Source: a virus
DNA length: 64,000 nucleotides
Reading direction: 5' to 3' (one strand)
IMG/VR virus record: IMGVR_UViG_3300045988_067909
Shown piece after piece: positions 1 to 11,462 of the stretch. The number at the start of each line of letters is the position of its first letter. Position 1 is the stretch's first letter. A program made the position numbers and the translations under genes. The notes beneath the pieces are model-generated. The model saw nothing but the letters and a program-made list of their open reading frames with translations, was not told where the DNA came from and searched no databases.

Positions 1-30
1 TGAAAACCACTTATAGGTAATAAGAGAGAA

Positions 31-62
31 TACGGTGGTGTAGGTGTATGCCACCGTATTAC
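31..62 (-). terminator. Putative intrinsic terminator downstream of the leftward structural operon
   Basis: 10-bp inverted repeat aatacggtgg...ccaccgtatt. On the minus strand it is followed by a T-rich run and lies just past the stop (88) of the 1944-aa gene. Confidence 0.45.
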
Positions 63-87
63 TCCATTGTTATACCTGTTTTATTTT

Positions 88-3000
88 TTATACAGTTTCG
101 AATATAACAGGGTCAACGAAACCGACATAAGCTTTAGGATTCTTAGCTTGCATAAATTCAGCTTTACGTAAGAAGTCTAATGTAACATTAAACCCTTTAA
201 AGATATTACGCATACTAGTATTACCTGTAGCTGTTTTTACTATATTAGCTACACGTTCTACTTCTATACCTGTAGGGTTTTGTGCTTGAACTATATTAGC
301 AGAAGATGATAAGTATTCATTAGACCAAGGCCCCATAACCTGATATCTACTATTAGTAAAGTATACAGCAATCTTTAAGTTATAGCCAGGGTTCTTTTGG
401 AACTCTTGTGCTAAGACTTTATTGATACGTGCTAGGTATGTATTAACAGGGCGTAGTGAAGCACGTTTAATAGATACATTAGTACCATTACGGTTATATT
501 GCACTCTAGAATCATTATTAGCTTCAGCATAGTTATTGACTATGAACGCTACAGATTCATTTTCAGCTAGTTTACTATAGTATCTTGTAATGAAGCTAGT
601 AATATAGTTGACATTGTTATTCAAGTCATCAATATTATCTAGATAGATTACATATTGTTTATGGTTAGTATCAGACTTTCTATTTACAAATAGATTCATA
701 GGAGATTGTCCAATACTAATACTAGTCGGAACAGTAACACTATCATCTAAGAATTGATTATAGAAGTGGAGAATGCCCTTAAAGTGTGGTATAAGTGTAA
801 CTTGATTACAATCTGGATATGTATATTGACCCTCACGTAGAGAATGTGCTGTATCATTAGGATTTAAGAATTTAGTTAACCCATTACGGATACCATCTCT
901 GTAGAATCTAGCATACATAATATCAGAACTATGCATAAAGAAATCATAGACTACACCCTTCTTATAAAGCTTAGTACTAAACTTAGATTTCCAATCATCA
1001 GAGCCTGGTTCATTAGTATAGTCTAAGTTAGGCTTAAACATTTCAGGAACTGCCACATATGTATTTCTACCAATACCTGATAAGCATTCATCACCATTAC
1101 CATTAAACAATAACGGATTATTATAATGGAAGTATGTATGTAAGAACGTACCAACACCAATCTCTTGGATATTCTTATACCCTTTATCGTCCGTATAACG
1201 CATAGATAGGTTATCCATTACTGGTTCAAACGTATTGATTTGGTTTACACCATAGTTTCTGGCTACACGTATACGATTATACTCATTAGCGTTATTACCT
1301 AATGCTACATAATTGCTAGAACTATTTAATGCTAAAGACTCTTCAGCTAATAAACAGTTTGAGATATTAGCATTATATACGTAATCACCAGTATGATACA
1401 TAAATTTACCAGGACCATTCTTAGGTTCTGCTATATAACTAGCATCAGTATCCCCAGATTGTTTGAATAATACATCTGGTAATACTGCATTACTTGTAAT
1501 ATTATTATTTGTACCAGGAACTGTATTACTACCAATGATATAGTTTATAGATGTAGAGTTATTAGGGCTAATAAATCCTTTGGTGTAACTACCATCAGAT
1601 GAGAATGTGATATTATAGTTAAGTCTTTGAATATCTGTAATTGTATTTATTAATAATGCACCATAGATAGGATGTCTAATAGCTGGATCATCAGGTATAA
1701 ATTTACGTATTTCTATATATAGCGTTTGGTAATTCATTGTAGATAATAACCACCCAGAGATATAGTCATATGTAGTTTTATCTATTAATGGAATCCAGAA
1801 TTTCTCATTATTAGCACCAGTATATTCTATATAGCATATACGATATCTATAGTCACTGCCAGGTCTGGAATTATTGGTTGTTGGAATCTTATAGAACCCA
1901 ACAGGGTTACCTGTAACTTTAAATATACAATCTGTCGTTATAGGGTCAGTTATAGTTTTATTTATTGAAGAATCAGGTATATTATATATATTAGCTGCTG
2001 ATGCGGCATTTAATTCACGACCACAAATGAATGTGATATTATCTTCATTCCTAAATAAGTCATTCATAGTACCGGCTGGTGCAGTTGTCCATAATGCTAA
2101 ACCACCGGCAACTTCAGTGAAGTATATATCCTGAGGATATGTACCATTATTTATGCCAGTTCGTACTCCTAGACATTCTCTATATATACTTTCTACAGTG
2201 TCACGACTGTTTGTCTGGGCAATACCACTATCATCTAGATCTGTATAATCTAATAAGAATAATCCAACATCCTTAGATCCTGTAGCCATATAGTTAGCCC
2301 AAACAGATTTAGTTATATTCGCTAATTCTTGTGGACTTACATTTAATACATTACGCAAATAGTCACTATCTACGATATAAACAGCCATACTTCTATTATC
2401 TATATTGATATCACGTAACTTAGCTATAGTATCTTTGAAGTGTTCCATATAAGATTTACCTGCAGGAGCATCAGATCGTCTTAGTATGTACTTAAATGCT
2501 GGTGCATTAAATCTGACGGATACATCAGAGCTTATATTTGTAGGTCTAGGTTCTACTGAGTTTGTATATTTTACTGCATTTACGTAGTCATCTATAAGTA
2601 AGATATAGCCCCATAGCATATTATCGATCAATGTTTGCCGACGATACATGTAGATACGACCATAGGTATTATTGATAGCATTAAACAAATTATATTGACC
2701 AATACCATATAAATCGTATGGTACAGCATTACAGTTACTAGCAGATTCAGTTACAGTACATTTAATAACTGGAGAATCTTGGAACAAATTCAATGCTACA
2801 CGGTTATGTTCTGTTTTACCAACTACCATTTCACAATGAGATGCATCTAATAATGGTGTAGTGAAATCGGAGAAGTATCTTGATTTCAAGTTTACTATTT
2901 TATTAGTAGTATCTATATCTGTTACATTTATAGGATTAGCTTTATAGAAGAACTCATTATTATCTCTTGTAGGATTAGCGTTAGGTATTCGCTTACCAGC

Positions 3001-5922
3001 TATGATTACATTACCCTTGAGATATCTATATCTAGGTCTGTATTCGTTACCATTACAGCCGGCTAAGAATACATTATCTGTAGATATACGTGTACGACTA
3101 TATTCACTAATAGTTGTATCAACTTCAAAAGCATCTATAGTTATATTAGGATCACTATGATATACTTTATAAGTTACAGGTAACTTACCATCAGTATTAC
3201 CAGTATTAGCTATAAACTCTTTAACGTTACTAGTCTTTAAATACTCTCTATTAGAGTTGACTACTGGTATAATTCTACCCTTGTATTTGATGGCAACAAT
3301 AGACATACCAATATTAGGTCTATTAGATAATATTTGGCTAGTAAAGTATAACTTATATTCACTATTAGCTTTTAATTCATCTATAGTACCACCGACTTTA
3401 GTAACGTCATACATATCAAATAGATTGGACTCGTTATTAAATGTAGTATTAAGACTGACTTTCATCTCATCGTTTTTAAGAACGTAGTCATAGAATATAC
3501 TTTGTGGCGTAATGCGTTCAAATGGTTTTGTCATAGGATATAACTCTGATTCCCATGTAGTATTACCACTATCAGTATTGATAGCTTCAGTTTCACCATT
3601 ATCGCCGACTATGATATTACCATGTACAGAATAGTTTCCTATCTCAAGAATAAGTTTAACTGTACTTAATGCTGGTACAGATATATTACCATCACCAGTA
3701 ATACTAATCTTAACTGGCTCATTAGATGCACCAGTTACCACAGATTCGCTTCTTACTAATAGATATGGTTTACTAAATTTCTTTAGTTCATCACCAGGTA
3801 CAAATATCTTCCATTCAGTGCCACCAGTACTTGCTACATTTACGTTAGTATTAATTACCACACCACTTTGTGGGATAATACGATACATAATTACACCATC
3901 AGGGGTAATTGTTTCATTATTTTTTGTAACCGTATATGTAGTATCTTTGACTTTGATTGTAGCATCAAAGGTATTATAATTATTAGCACTATTATTGAAA
4001 ACAGCAATTACAGTCTTACCAACTAAACCATTTAGTTTTGTAGAACTAGTAATTTCGGTCCAATCTTGTACATTATCAGCAATATCATTAGCTAAATAGT
4101 ATTTTACACCCTCTATAGTAGGGCCATTGAATCTTACTGTATATAATGTATCAGCATCTATAATTTTAGATTCTGGTAAGTCATATAAGAAATAATGATT
4201 AGGTCTAATATCTAAACAGTCTTGAACTAAACCAAAGTCATTTAGATTTTTGATATTAGGGAATAGAATGTCGCTAGTATTAGATCTAAGTCTATCCAAT
4301 ACTACAGAAGATTCATTAGCTATAGATGCTGGTAGATATTTGATTAATAGAGACTCTTCTTTGGTTATAGATTCTCTATTATAGATAACGTATTCATCAG
4401 CATCATCTAAAGCTGTTTTGATTGTCTCATATGGGACTTTATTATCATTAATAAGTCTAATGATAGAACGGTATTTGTATTTCTTTATATCAGTTGCTAG
4501 CTTATTAACTATAACAGCACACTCTTCAGGTGTTTTATTACGAGCCAATACATTGATAGTCTTATAATTAGAATAGTCTATCTCTTGTTGAGTTATATTC
4601 TTTCCGTTATAAGTCATTACTGGTTTAAACTTATATGGTGTACCATTTACAATATTATCCATAATCTTATAGATAGACATAAAGTGTGGTAATAACCATT
4701 CAGTGTATCTATTGGCTTTAGAGTTATTTGATTTTGTTTTACGTACATATGCTAAGTCTATATCGTCCATATGTGAACGGTATATTACCCCATATGGGAT
4801 ATCATTGATGTATTTTAATGGGTCTATAATAGACTCACTATTTACATTGATACTAGTAGTGAAATCATATAAGCTAGGCAGACAAGTTAAAGTCAAATCA
4901 CCAGATACAGTTCTAAATAAACCATCATTAGGTTTATTTGGTATGCATAGCTCAAAGTCCTTATTGGCATTTAGCTTATTGGTATCATCATTAAAGACCA
5001 ATAGCTTACTAATCTTACTATATGTAGAGTTCTTACTATCTGTCCAGTTCTTACCAAATTTATCAACAAATTTCAATTTACCATTAGCTAGATTGAAATT
5101 ACCATGCATATCTGGTGTATTAACATATGATGCTGGTATAGCATATAGTCTATTCTTAACAAATACAGATTTAGTTACATAGTATTTGTATTGGTCTTCT
5201 AAACCATTATCAAATGTCGGATAGTCTCTATATCTAGCATGAGATGTTGTACCAGATGGTACACTAATCTCAATACCATCAAGATATTTATTTCCACGGC
5301 TAAAGTAAACCTTGTATGTACCACTAATAGTAGCATAGTTTACATCATTGCCTGTAGTATTCTTATTGGATATTGCAAATAAAGTCTCTACTGTAATGTA
5401 GTTTTTATCTGTATCTAATAACGGAATGACTCTATCATTATACTTAACCATAGCAAAAGTATTTACGTTCAGTAAACGACCATCTATATCTGTTTTAGCT
5501 ATACGGAAAGTATACTGTGTATTATTAGCCAATGTATTAGCTTGTGTATTCTTTGTTAACCGTTGCTGTTTCTTTATCTCAAATTGAGTGAATAAACAAG
5601 GGTACCAGTTATTGGTACCCCGTTCAACTATGGTTAACGTTTTCTTTGTGGCATCTACAACGTCTTCTTTAACAAATTCACCAGCATAGATTTCTAATCC
5701 TTTAGAAGTCCATTCACCAACGTATTTGTTACCGACAGTAAACTGATTGTAGTCTACAGGTAATACAGCACCATTTCTAAACTTAGTTAGAAGCGGTACA
5801 GTCTTACCATTTATTCTAATAGTATCTCCACCATCAACCCCTTGTTTGAATATAAGATTGATATGGTCTCCAAGTTTAAACTTAGGGTACTTTTTCTTAA
5901 ATACTATTACAAATTTTCCCAT
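88..5922 (-). CDS. Giant virion structural protein (1944 aa), probably a tail fibre or baseplate-associated fibre
   Basis: Uninterrupted 5.8-kb ORF with an SD (GAAAGGA) upstream. Composition is N/T/S/Y/G-rich as in beta-rich fibres. The N-terminal ~80 aa are homologous to the N-terminus of the adjacent 905-aa protein (F.I.FK..KL.F.D.I...F......GGDT..IN). It is the last gene of a leftward late-type operon. Confidence 0.5.
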   Translation of the reverse strand: MGKFVIVFKKKYPKFKLGDHINLIFKQGVDGGDTIRINGKTVPLLTKFRNGAVLPVDYNQFTVGNKYVGEWTSKGLEIYAGEFVKEDVVDATKKTLTIVERGTNNWYPCLFTQFEIKKQQRLTKNTQANTLANNTQYTFRIAKTDIDGRLLNVNTFAMVKYNDRVIPLLDTDKNYITVETLFAISNKNTTGNDVNYATISGTYKVYFSRGNKYLDGIEISVPSGTTSHARYRDYPTFDNGLEDQYKYYVTKSVFVKNRLYAIPASYVNTPDMHGNFNLANGKLKFVDKFGKNWTDSKNSTYSKISKLLVFNDDTNKLNANKDFELCIPNKPNDGLFRTVSGDLTLTCLPSLYDFTTSINVNSESIIDPLKYINDIPYGVIYRSHMDDIDLAYVRKTKSNNSKANRYTEWLLPHFMSIYKIMDNIVNGTPYKFKPVMTYNGKNITQQEIDYSNYKTINVLARNKTPEECAVIVNKLATDIKKYKYRSIIRLINDNKVPYETIKTALDDADEYVIYNRESITKEESLLIKYLPASIANESSVVLDRLRSNTSDILFPNIKNLNDFGLVQDCLDIRPNHYFLYDLPESKIIDADTLYTVRFNGPTIEGVKYYLANDIADNVQDWTEITSSTKLNGLVGKTVIAVFNNSANNYNTFDATIKVKDTTYTVTKNNETITPDGVIMYRIIPQSGVVINTNVNVASTGGTEWKIFVPGDELKKFSKPYLLVRSESVVTGASNEPVKISITGDGNISVPALSTVKLILEIGNYSVHGNIIVGDNGETEAINTDSGNTTWESELYPMTKPFERITPQSIFYDYVLKNDEMKVSLNTTFNNESNLFDMYDVTKVGGTIDELKANSEYKLYFTSQILSNRPNIGMSIVAIKYKGRIIPVVNSNREYLKTSNVKEFIANTGNTDGKLPVTYKVYHSDPNITIDAFEVDTTISEYSRTRISTDNVFLAGCNGNEYRPRYRYLKGNVIIAGKRIPNANPTRDNNEFFYKANPINVTDIDTTNKIVNLKSRYFSDFTTPLLDASHCEMVVGKTEHNRVALNLFQDSPVIKCTVTESASNCNAVPYDLYGIGQYNLFNAINNTYGRIYMYRRQTLIDNMLWGYILLIDDYVNAVKYTNSVEPRPTNISSDVSVRFNAPAFKYILRRSDAPAGKSYMEHFKDTIAKLRDINIDNRSMAVYIVDSDYLRNVLNVSPQELANITKSVWANYMATGSKDVGLFLLDYTDLDDSGIAQTNSRDTVESIYRECLGVRTGINNGTYPQDIYFTEVAGGLALWTTAPAGTMNDLFRNEDNITFICGRELNAASAANIYNIPDSSINKTITDPITTDCIFKVTGNPVGFYKIPTTNNSRPGSDYRYRICYIEYTGANNEKFWIPLIDKTTYDYISGWLLSTMNYQTLYIEIRKFIPDDPAIRHPIYGALLINTITDIQRLNYNITFSSDGSYTKGFISPNNSTSINYIIGSNTVPGTNNNITSNAVLPDVLFKQSGDTDASYIAEPKNGPGKFMYHTGDYVYNANISNCLLAEESLALNSSSNYVALGNNANEYNRIRVARNYGVNQINTFEPVMDNLSMRYTDDKGYKNIQEIGVGTFLHTYFHYNNPLLFNGNGDECLSGIGRNTYVAVPEMFKPNLDYTNEPGSDDWKSKFSTKLYKKGVVYDFFMHSSDIMYARFYRDGIRNGLTKFLNPNDTAHSLREGQYTYPDCNQVTLIPHFKGILHFYNQFLDDSVTVPTSISIGQSPMNLFVNRKSDTNHKQYVIYLDNIDDLNNNVNYITSFITRYYSKLAENESVAFIVNNYAEANNDSRVQYNRNGTNVSIKRASLRPVNTYLARINKVLAQEFQKNPGYNLKIAVYFTNSRYQVMGPWSNEYLSSSANIVQAQNPTGIEVERVANIVKTATGNTSMRNIFKGFNVTLDFLRKAEFMQAKNPKAYVGFVDPVIFETV

Positions 5923-5934
5923 AGTTTATCCTTT

Positions 5935-8652
5935 CTAATTAACTGAGAATGTACCAGTTAATTTGGTATCATAAGATACACCTTGTTTTTTCTTAGTGTA
6001 ATAATTTATCAAGTTTCTAATAGCAGGGTATACGTTATATTCAAACGAGCTACCAGATAGAGCCAATATAGCATATTGCTCTACTGTATATTTAGCAAAG
6101 TCTGCATAATCTGATACATTACATAATCTGAATGAGATAGCATTACCAGCACCAGTATTATATAGCTTACCATTTCTTAGACAATGTAACGGATATCTAT
6201 TAGGTCCTTGAGGGAATGCTAATGTAGTATATAGATGCTTATCTCTATCCGTAGTAGGTAATAGCACTCTACATACGTTTTCTGGGATTATAGCATTTAT
6301 ATTAGCATAATCAATAACAGCAGTAGCCATTGCTGGCTCATCTATTGCTGGAGGTTTTAGCATATTAGGCCAAGTATCATTATAGTTATAATCATCTCTA
6401 TAGAACACTATCTCTCCAGATCTATTAGTTGTCATAGTGTAATTATCTGTATTGAAATAGTTGATTGTATCATATAGAGCAAATCCGCTTCTATGAGAGA
6501 ATACTGTAGACATATCATCTAGTATCATATAATAACCAAAATCAACTGTAGCAGTTTTCATAACCTGTCTAAATCTTAGTTTAAGAGTTTTACCAACTAA
6601 TGATCTATATGATACATAGCTAAAGTTAGAATCAACTATAGGATGTGTCCATGTATTATTTACATTAGCAGTAGACGGTACAAACATCGCAGGACGTTCA
6701 CTATCTCTAGATATATTTGCTACATTATCTCTATCTAAGAATGTAACTGTGACTATATCATCATCGTTTACATTACTTAGTTTACGTAAACATTGGAACC
6801 CATTAACAAATGTATTGACATTCCAAACAGTGGTATATGTATGATCATCTGTTGGTGTAGTGTCTTCTAAGGTTTTTGAGCTTGGTGTAATATCATCGTT
6901 AAGAATATTATAACGACTATCAAAGAACTCTAGTTTATGAGTAGCATTTACAGTATACACTTTCTTAAGTTCTTTATACTTGGCTTCAAAGTTACTAAAA
7001 TCATCTAACCCAATTAATACAGTTTCCACTGTAGTGGTATTAGATTCATTTAAGACTTTATCATAGTTAACTTGACCAGATAGTTTAGTACGTAATACAT
7101 CTAGGGTATTACCCTTGACTAATAATTTCTTTTCAAGCATATGATCTGTCCAAGTATTATCCCAAGGGAATACTGTAATCTTATCTGTATTTGAATTAGA
7201 TTTGAATACAGATATTTGATTGAATAGTTCAGTAGCATATCTAGACTTAGTTAGACTACGTCCACCATCAATAAGATTAATCTTAAGATGCCCAGTTGTA
7301 CTATTATTGATATCTCGAATGATATTGATTACAGAGTCATCTGGTGTATTAGCACAATAGATAGTGATACCATCTAAAGTATTAATATCTACATCATTAG
7401 AAGACTTATACTTATAATTAGACGTGCTATGTAATTCTGATTCAGTTGGTTCAATAAGCTCAGTATTATTGACTAAGTGGTTATAGATATTAATAAGAGA
7501 ATCTAAGTCTGGTAATAGCCAATAGTTCTCATTTATACCAATAGCAGAGTCTTCATCACTAGCTAGATTGATATCATCAAACTTAGCAATCTTATAAGAC
7601 TTGGCTACACGAGCTATATTGATATCAGTCTTTGTATTATTCTTAGGGTTAATGATTTCACCATTAGTAGATTTATATAAGCCTAGCACATGAATCTTAG
7701 ATCCATTACTATGAGCCATATCATTATACCCATTATCTTTATCTACAGAAGATGCTTTGACTATATGAATACTAGTTGGCATCTTACGATCACAGAATCC
7801 AGATAATGTATAGATAGTATCATCACTATCAGCATTAGCTGTACCATGACCCATATAGTCATGAGTAACTACTGTAGTAATATCTTGTGTTACGGCACTA
7901 CCATAAGTCATGCTTTCTGTACCAGCTAAGTTCTTAGCATAGTTAAATACTAGCTTAGTATTAGCAGTTGGTTCTTTAGCATGAGCATTACTAGCTACAA
8001 ATGCTGCTACCATGAAATTATCATGTTTAACGTATTCGGTGTACTCTACGGATATATTATTAGTATCATTAGCATAAGTCATTGCTTCAATAACGTCATT
8101 AATAGTTAAATACTTACGATCAGTATCTACTAATGGAACTATACGTCTAATATCATTATTACGTACATCATCAAATACAATAGCAGCTATCTTCTTTCTA
8201 GCACTTTCATCAATATTATTTAAAGAATCATTACTGAAAGAGATTGTATATGTACTATTAGGGTTAACTATATTATCGTCTTGTGACATATATGGTTTAA
8301 GATATATATACTGATAGATAGATGGATAGTCTATCATAGTATTTCTATATAACCACATACTTCGTTTTACTGATGGATCCACAGGACCATCACCTGATGA
8401 CGGAAAGTCAGATGCGTATAATATGATTTTATTACCTTTAAACTGTCCTACAACAGTTTGGCCAGCCACAATTTCCCCAGCATCTAAGTATCTTAATACA
8501 GAATCCTTATATGCTACATACATAGGATAATCATGATTATTGATAGCAGCAGTATCACCACCGCTGCTATCAGTATTAAAAGTAATTTTAATATAATCAT
8601 CAAAACGCAACTTACAATTCCCTTCTTTGAAAGTTATTGTATGTCTTGCCAT
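5935..8652 (-). CDS. Virion structural protein (905 aa). It shares the N-terminal anchor domain with the 1944-aa protein, so it is probably a second fibre or receptor-binding protein.
   Basis: Long ORF. N-terminus MARHTITFKEGNCKLRFDDYIKITFNTDSSGGDTAAINN aligns with MGKFVIVFKKKYPKFKLGDHINLIFKQGVDGGDTIRING of the neighbouring gene. The rest is N/S/T-rich. Confidence 0.5.
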   Translation of the reverse strand: MARHTITFKEGNCKLRFDDYIKITFNTDSSGGDTAAINNHDYPMYVAYKDSVLRYLDAGEIVAGQTVVGQFKGNKIILYASDFPSSGDGPVDPSVKRSMWLYRNTMIDYPSIYQYIYLKPYMSQDDNIVNPNSTYTISFSNDSLNNIDESARKKIAAIVFDDVRNNDIRRIVPLVDTDRKYLTINDVIEAMTYANDTNNISVEYTEYVKHDNFMVAAFVASNAHAKEPTANTKLVFNYAKNLAGTESMTYGSAVTQDITTVVTHDYMGHGTANADSDDTIYTLSGFCDRKMPTSIHIVKASSVDKDNGYNDMAHSNGSKIHVLGLYKSTNGEIINPKNNTKTDINIARVAKSYKIAKFDDINLASDEDSAIGINENYWLLPDLDSLINIYNHLVNNTELIEPTESELHSTSNYKYKSSNDVDINTLDGITIYCANTPDDSVINIIRDINNSTTGHLKINLIDGGRSLTKSRYATELFNQISVFKSNSNTDKITVFPWDNTWTDHMLEKKLLVKGNTLDVLRTKLSGQVNYDKVLNESNTTTVETVLIGLDDFSNFEAKYKELKKVYTVNATHKLEFFDSRYNILNDDITPSSKTLEDTTPTDDHTYTTVWNVNTFVNGFQCLRKLSNVNDDDIVTVTFLDRDNVANISRDSERPAMFVPSTANVNNTWTHPIVDSNFSYVSYRSLVGKTLKLRFRQVMKTATVDFGYYMILDDMSTVFSHRSGFALYDTINYFNTDNYTMTTNRSGEIVFYRDDYNYNDTWPNMLKPPAIDEPAMATAVIDYANINAIIPENVCRVLLPTTDRDKHLYTTLAFPQGPNRYPLHCLRNGKLYNTGAGNAISFRLCNVSDYADFAKYTVEQYAILALSGSSFEYNVYPAIRNLINYYTKKKQGVSYDTKLTGTFSVN

Positions 8653-8663
8653 ATTAGTCCACC

Positions 8664-11444
8664 TTATTGTATTGTAGTAGCTATTGATATAGCTTTTTCT
8701 TGCATTAAATATCTTAAATATTCACCATATGTTTCAACGTTGGCAAAATCAATAGTATACCTATCGATATCTTGTGAATACATAACAATGAATCCTGTAA
8801 CGTTTCTTAAGAATTTACCAACAACATTATCCGAATTGAATAAATCAATTAACTTAACGTAAGTTAATTGCTTATTTGATGTATCGTTAATAAGCCTTAA
8901 GAAGTCTGATGTATTAGTATTATTGCTAATAGAATTGATAATATAAGGCAAATTATATTTTTTACTATTTATTGTTACCCCAATACCACCAAACAGTAAT
9001 ATTACATTTTCTTTATTTAAGATATTAGTAGGTAATTTATCATAATAAGTACAAGTTGCACCATTACCGACATCCAAATTATTATTAATATATACACTAG
9101 GAATATAACCATTTAGTCTGTTAAACAATATATCACCATCTGTATATATTTTTTTATTTTTATGCATAACATCTTCGGCTATATATAGGAATAAATAATA
9201 ACTGCCAGCTGATATATTGATTGGTTTCAATGTGATATATTCTTTATTATTGAATCCATCATAAATATCTTTTAGCGTCAAAGGGGTAAGATTTTTATCC
9301 ACAAGAATTCTATCTTTAATATTGAGTGACTCTCTAATAATATCTTGAAATGTTGGGTCATTAATATTACCTGAAATTAATTTTGTGAACTTATTACCGC
9401 CATCGGCATTATTAAATAATTTCATATTCTTTGTGAAATCATTTCTAATAAAAATACCATTACGGGTTATATTATAAATAAGATCATATTTCTTATACAC
9501 ATATTTTGTAGAATTTTCATTTGGTTTATATGCATATATAGACGATGTGGTAGACAATAATTTAGAATATAAACTATTTTCATATGTGATATTCTCTTCA
9601 CCAGTGTATTCAATAAATGGACTATCTGGGATATCAATATAGTTACCATCATGAATAGTTTCATCACCAGGATTTACTGTAGCATTACCATCATGGATAC
9701 GTGGATGACTATTAACAGTAAACCGTAGCTTAAACTGTTTATTATTCTTATCGAAGATGAATGGCATGATATCACCAGCAGCAATAGCATCTACGATTTG
9801 TTCACCATTCTTATCACAGATATTGTATACAGTTTGGCCGAACTCAGTATAAGAATCACCAATAGCACCATCAATGAATCTAATATTTAAAGATTCACCA
9901 TGTTTAAGATCATTAAGAGAATCCATATCCCCAGGTGGGATTAAACGTAATTTCTTAAGATCTGTAGTACTATCATGAACAGCACTGAAGATTCTGCTAG
10001 AGAATTCAGGGTTTACATCTGGAGCATCTGGTGCGGTATCATTAGCATTTAAGTTATAAGAGTTAGCACCACGAGTACGTACAATACGTCTAGATACTAA
10101 TTCTAATACTTGACCAGTTTCCATAGTAAAATCAATAAGATGAATAGCTTTAGCATTTTCATCAATACGATAGTTTACATCTTTAACTAGTTTAAGCCCT
10201 TCGAGATATACTTCCATATAATCTACACCAGGGAGATAAGATGCATCACTAAAAGAGATTGTACTAATATTATCAGTTGGTGCAGTATAGACTTTATTGT
10301 AAGTATCCATACGGTAAGGCATACCATTAGTGATATAGAAACGATTATGAACCGCATCATATTGTAAGAACAATTCATCGTTTTGAGTAATGTCACCAGC
10401 TTCAAGCTTACTTGCTACAGATTTATATACTGGGATAGTACGATCATTGACTACGAGATCACCATTAGCTGGCATATTAGCACGGAAACGTACAGCAATA
10501 ATATTACCATCAGCTAAAGTATAACCCTCAGGAACTTCGAGAGATAATGCCGAAGTAGTTGTAGCAATAGGCTTAGCAATAGCACGAGAGATGATATTCT
10601 TTTCATCACATAATGCAACTAGTAAATCAAATAATGTTTTAACTGATGCACTTGTTGCTACAGAGCTAGAGCTATTTAAGAATGGGGAATCACTTACATT
10701 AGCCATTCTATCAGTTGGAATAGAACCACGGTTAATAAGAGACCCATCAATATTATTAATCATACCAGCTACAGCAGGTGCTTTAGTATTGTAAATGAAT
10801 GTATAGTTGATAGAACGATTCATTTCAACTGGTTCATTAAATACAATATCATTACCATCAATACTATAACGGTTAGGGTAAATATAGTTAGTACCAATAT
10901 GAACTAAGAATGCATTAGGCATATCAAAGTAGTTATCAAATGGTACTGGAATAGGGAAACGTTTCTTAGTTTCAGTAACTAAGTGTGTACGGAAAGATGT
11001 AGCAATTACACCCATTTGTTTTAACTTAGCTTCAACAGTCTCACCAGATTCTAGGTAAGTATTATTAGCCGTAGTCAATGGTGCAATACGTTTACCATCT
11101 TTCATGATAGTTGCTTTAGTAATATCTGTAATAGGACCTACATATTTACTAGCTTCTTTTACAGATAAGAGCTGTTGCCAACCATCATTTGCATCATACG
11201 CATAGAAAGTACGAGCATCACGTACACAATAGATACGTGCTTCAAGAACTGTATTATTGTTTACAATCTGAGTACGTTCATTATCATTATTAAGCATAAG
11301 AATGAAGTCTGTCAATAGACGCATATCATCAGAAGCATCATAGAAGACTTCTCTAGTATCAGTACAGTAAATAACTGTACCAGCAGAACGGGTAACCTCA
11401 TGGAGGTTATTCCGTAGGCTTTCTGTATATTTTAAAGCTCCCAT
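8664..11444 (-). CDS. Virion structural protein (926 aa), baseplate or fibre-associated. It contains one copy of the ~95-aa repeat domain found in the 1766-aa protein.
   Basis: The segment RFPIPVPFDNYFDMPNAFLVHIGTNYIYPNRYSIDGNDIVFNEP matches the repeat consensus (P.PFDNYF..FLV..G..Y..P.RY.ID...I.F) seen in 13168..18468. Confidence 0.45.
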   Translation of the reverse strand: MGALKYTESLRNNLHEVTRSAGTVIYCTDTREVFYDASDDMRLLTDFILMLNNDNERTQIVNNNTVLEARIYCVRDARTFYAYDANDGWQQLLSVKEASKYVGPITDITKATIMKDGKRIAPLTTANNTYLESGETVEAKLKQMGVIATSFRTHLVTETKKRFPIPVPFDNYFDMPNAFLVHIGTNYIYPNRYSIDGNDIVFNEPVEMNRSINYTFIYNTKAPAVAGMINNIDGSLINRGSIPTDRMANVSDSPFLNSSSSVATSASVKTLFDLLVALCDEKNIISRAIAKPIATTTSALSLEVPEGYTLADGNIIAVRFRANMPANGDLVVNDRTIPVYKSVASKLEAGDITQNDELFLQYDAVHNRFYITNGMPYRMDTYNKVYTAPTDNISTISFSDASYLPGVDYMEVYLEGLKLVKDVNYRIDENAKAIHLIDFTMETGQVLELVSRRIVRTRGANSYNLNANDTAPDAPDVNPEFSSRIFSAVHDSTTDLKKLRLIPPGDMDSLNDLKHGESLNIRFIDGAIGDSYTEFGQTVYNICDKNGEQIVDAIAAGDIMPFIFDKNNKQFKLRFTVNSHPRIHDGNATVNPGDETIHDGNYIDIPDSPFIEYTGEENITYENSLYSKLLSTTSSIYAYKPNENSTKYVYKKYDLIYNITRNGIFIRNDFTKNMKLFNNADGGNKFTKLISGNINDPTFQDIIRESLNIKDRILVDKNLTPLTLKDIYDGFNNKEYITLKPINISAGSYYLFLYIAEDVMHKNKKIYTDGDILFNRLNGYIPSVYINNNLDVGNGATCTYYDKLPTNILNKENVILLFGGIGVTINSKKYNLPYIINSISNNTNTSDFLRLINDTSNKQLTYVKLIDLFNSDNVVGKFLRNVTGFIVMYSQDIDRYTIDFANVETYGEYLRYLMQEKAISIATTIQ

Positions 11445-11462
11445 TTATATACCTCCTGGAAG

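Noticed and set aside
3257-5182. Antisense ORFs (76 aa and 159 aa) inside the 1944-aa gene. The same applies to other short ORFs nested in the giant genes: 8533..8862, 9467..9667, 10223..10405, 10591..10794, 12031..12666 and 16929..17123.
   Set aside because: They are fully embedded, on the opposite strand or in another frame, within long well-supported ORFs. They have AT-rich, hydrophobic low-complexity translations and no SD sites. They are typical spurious ORFs in AT-rich DNA.
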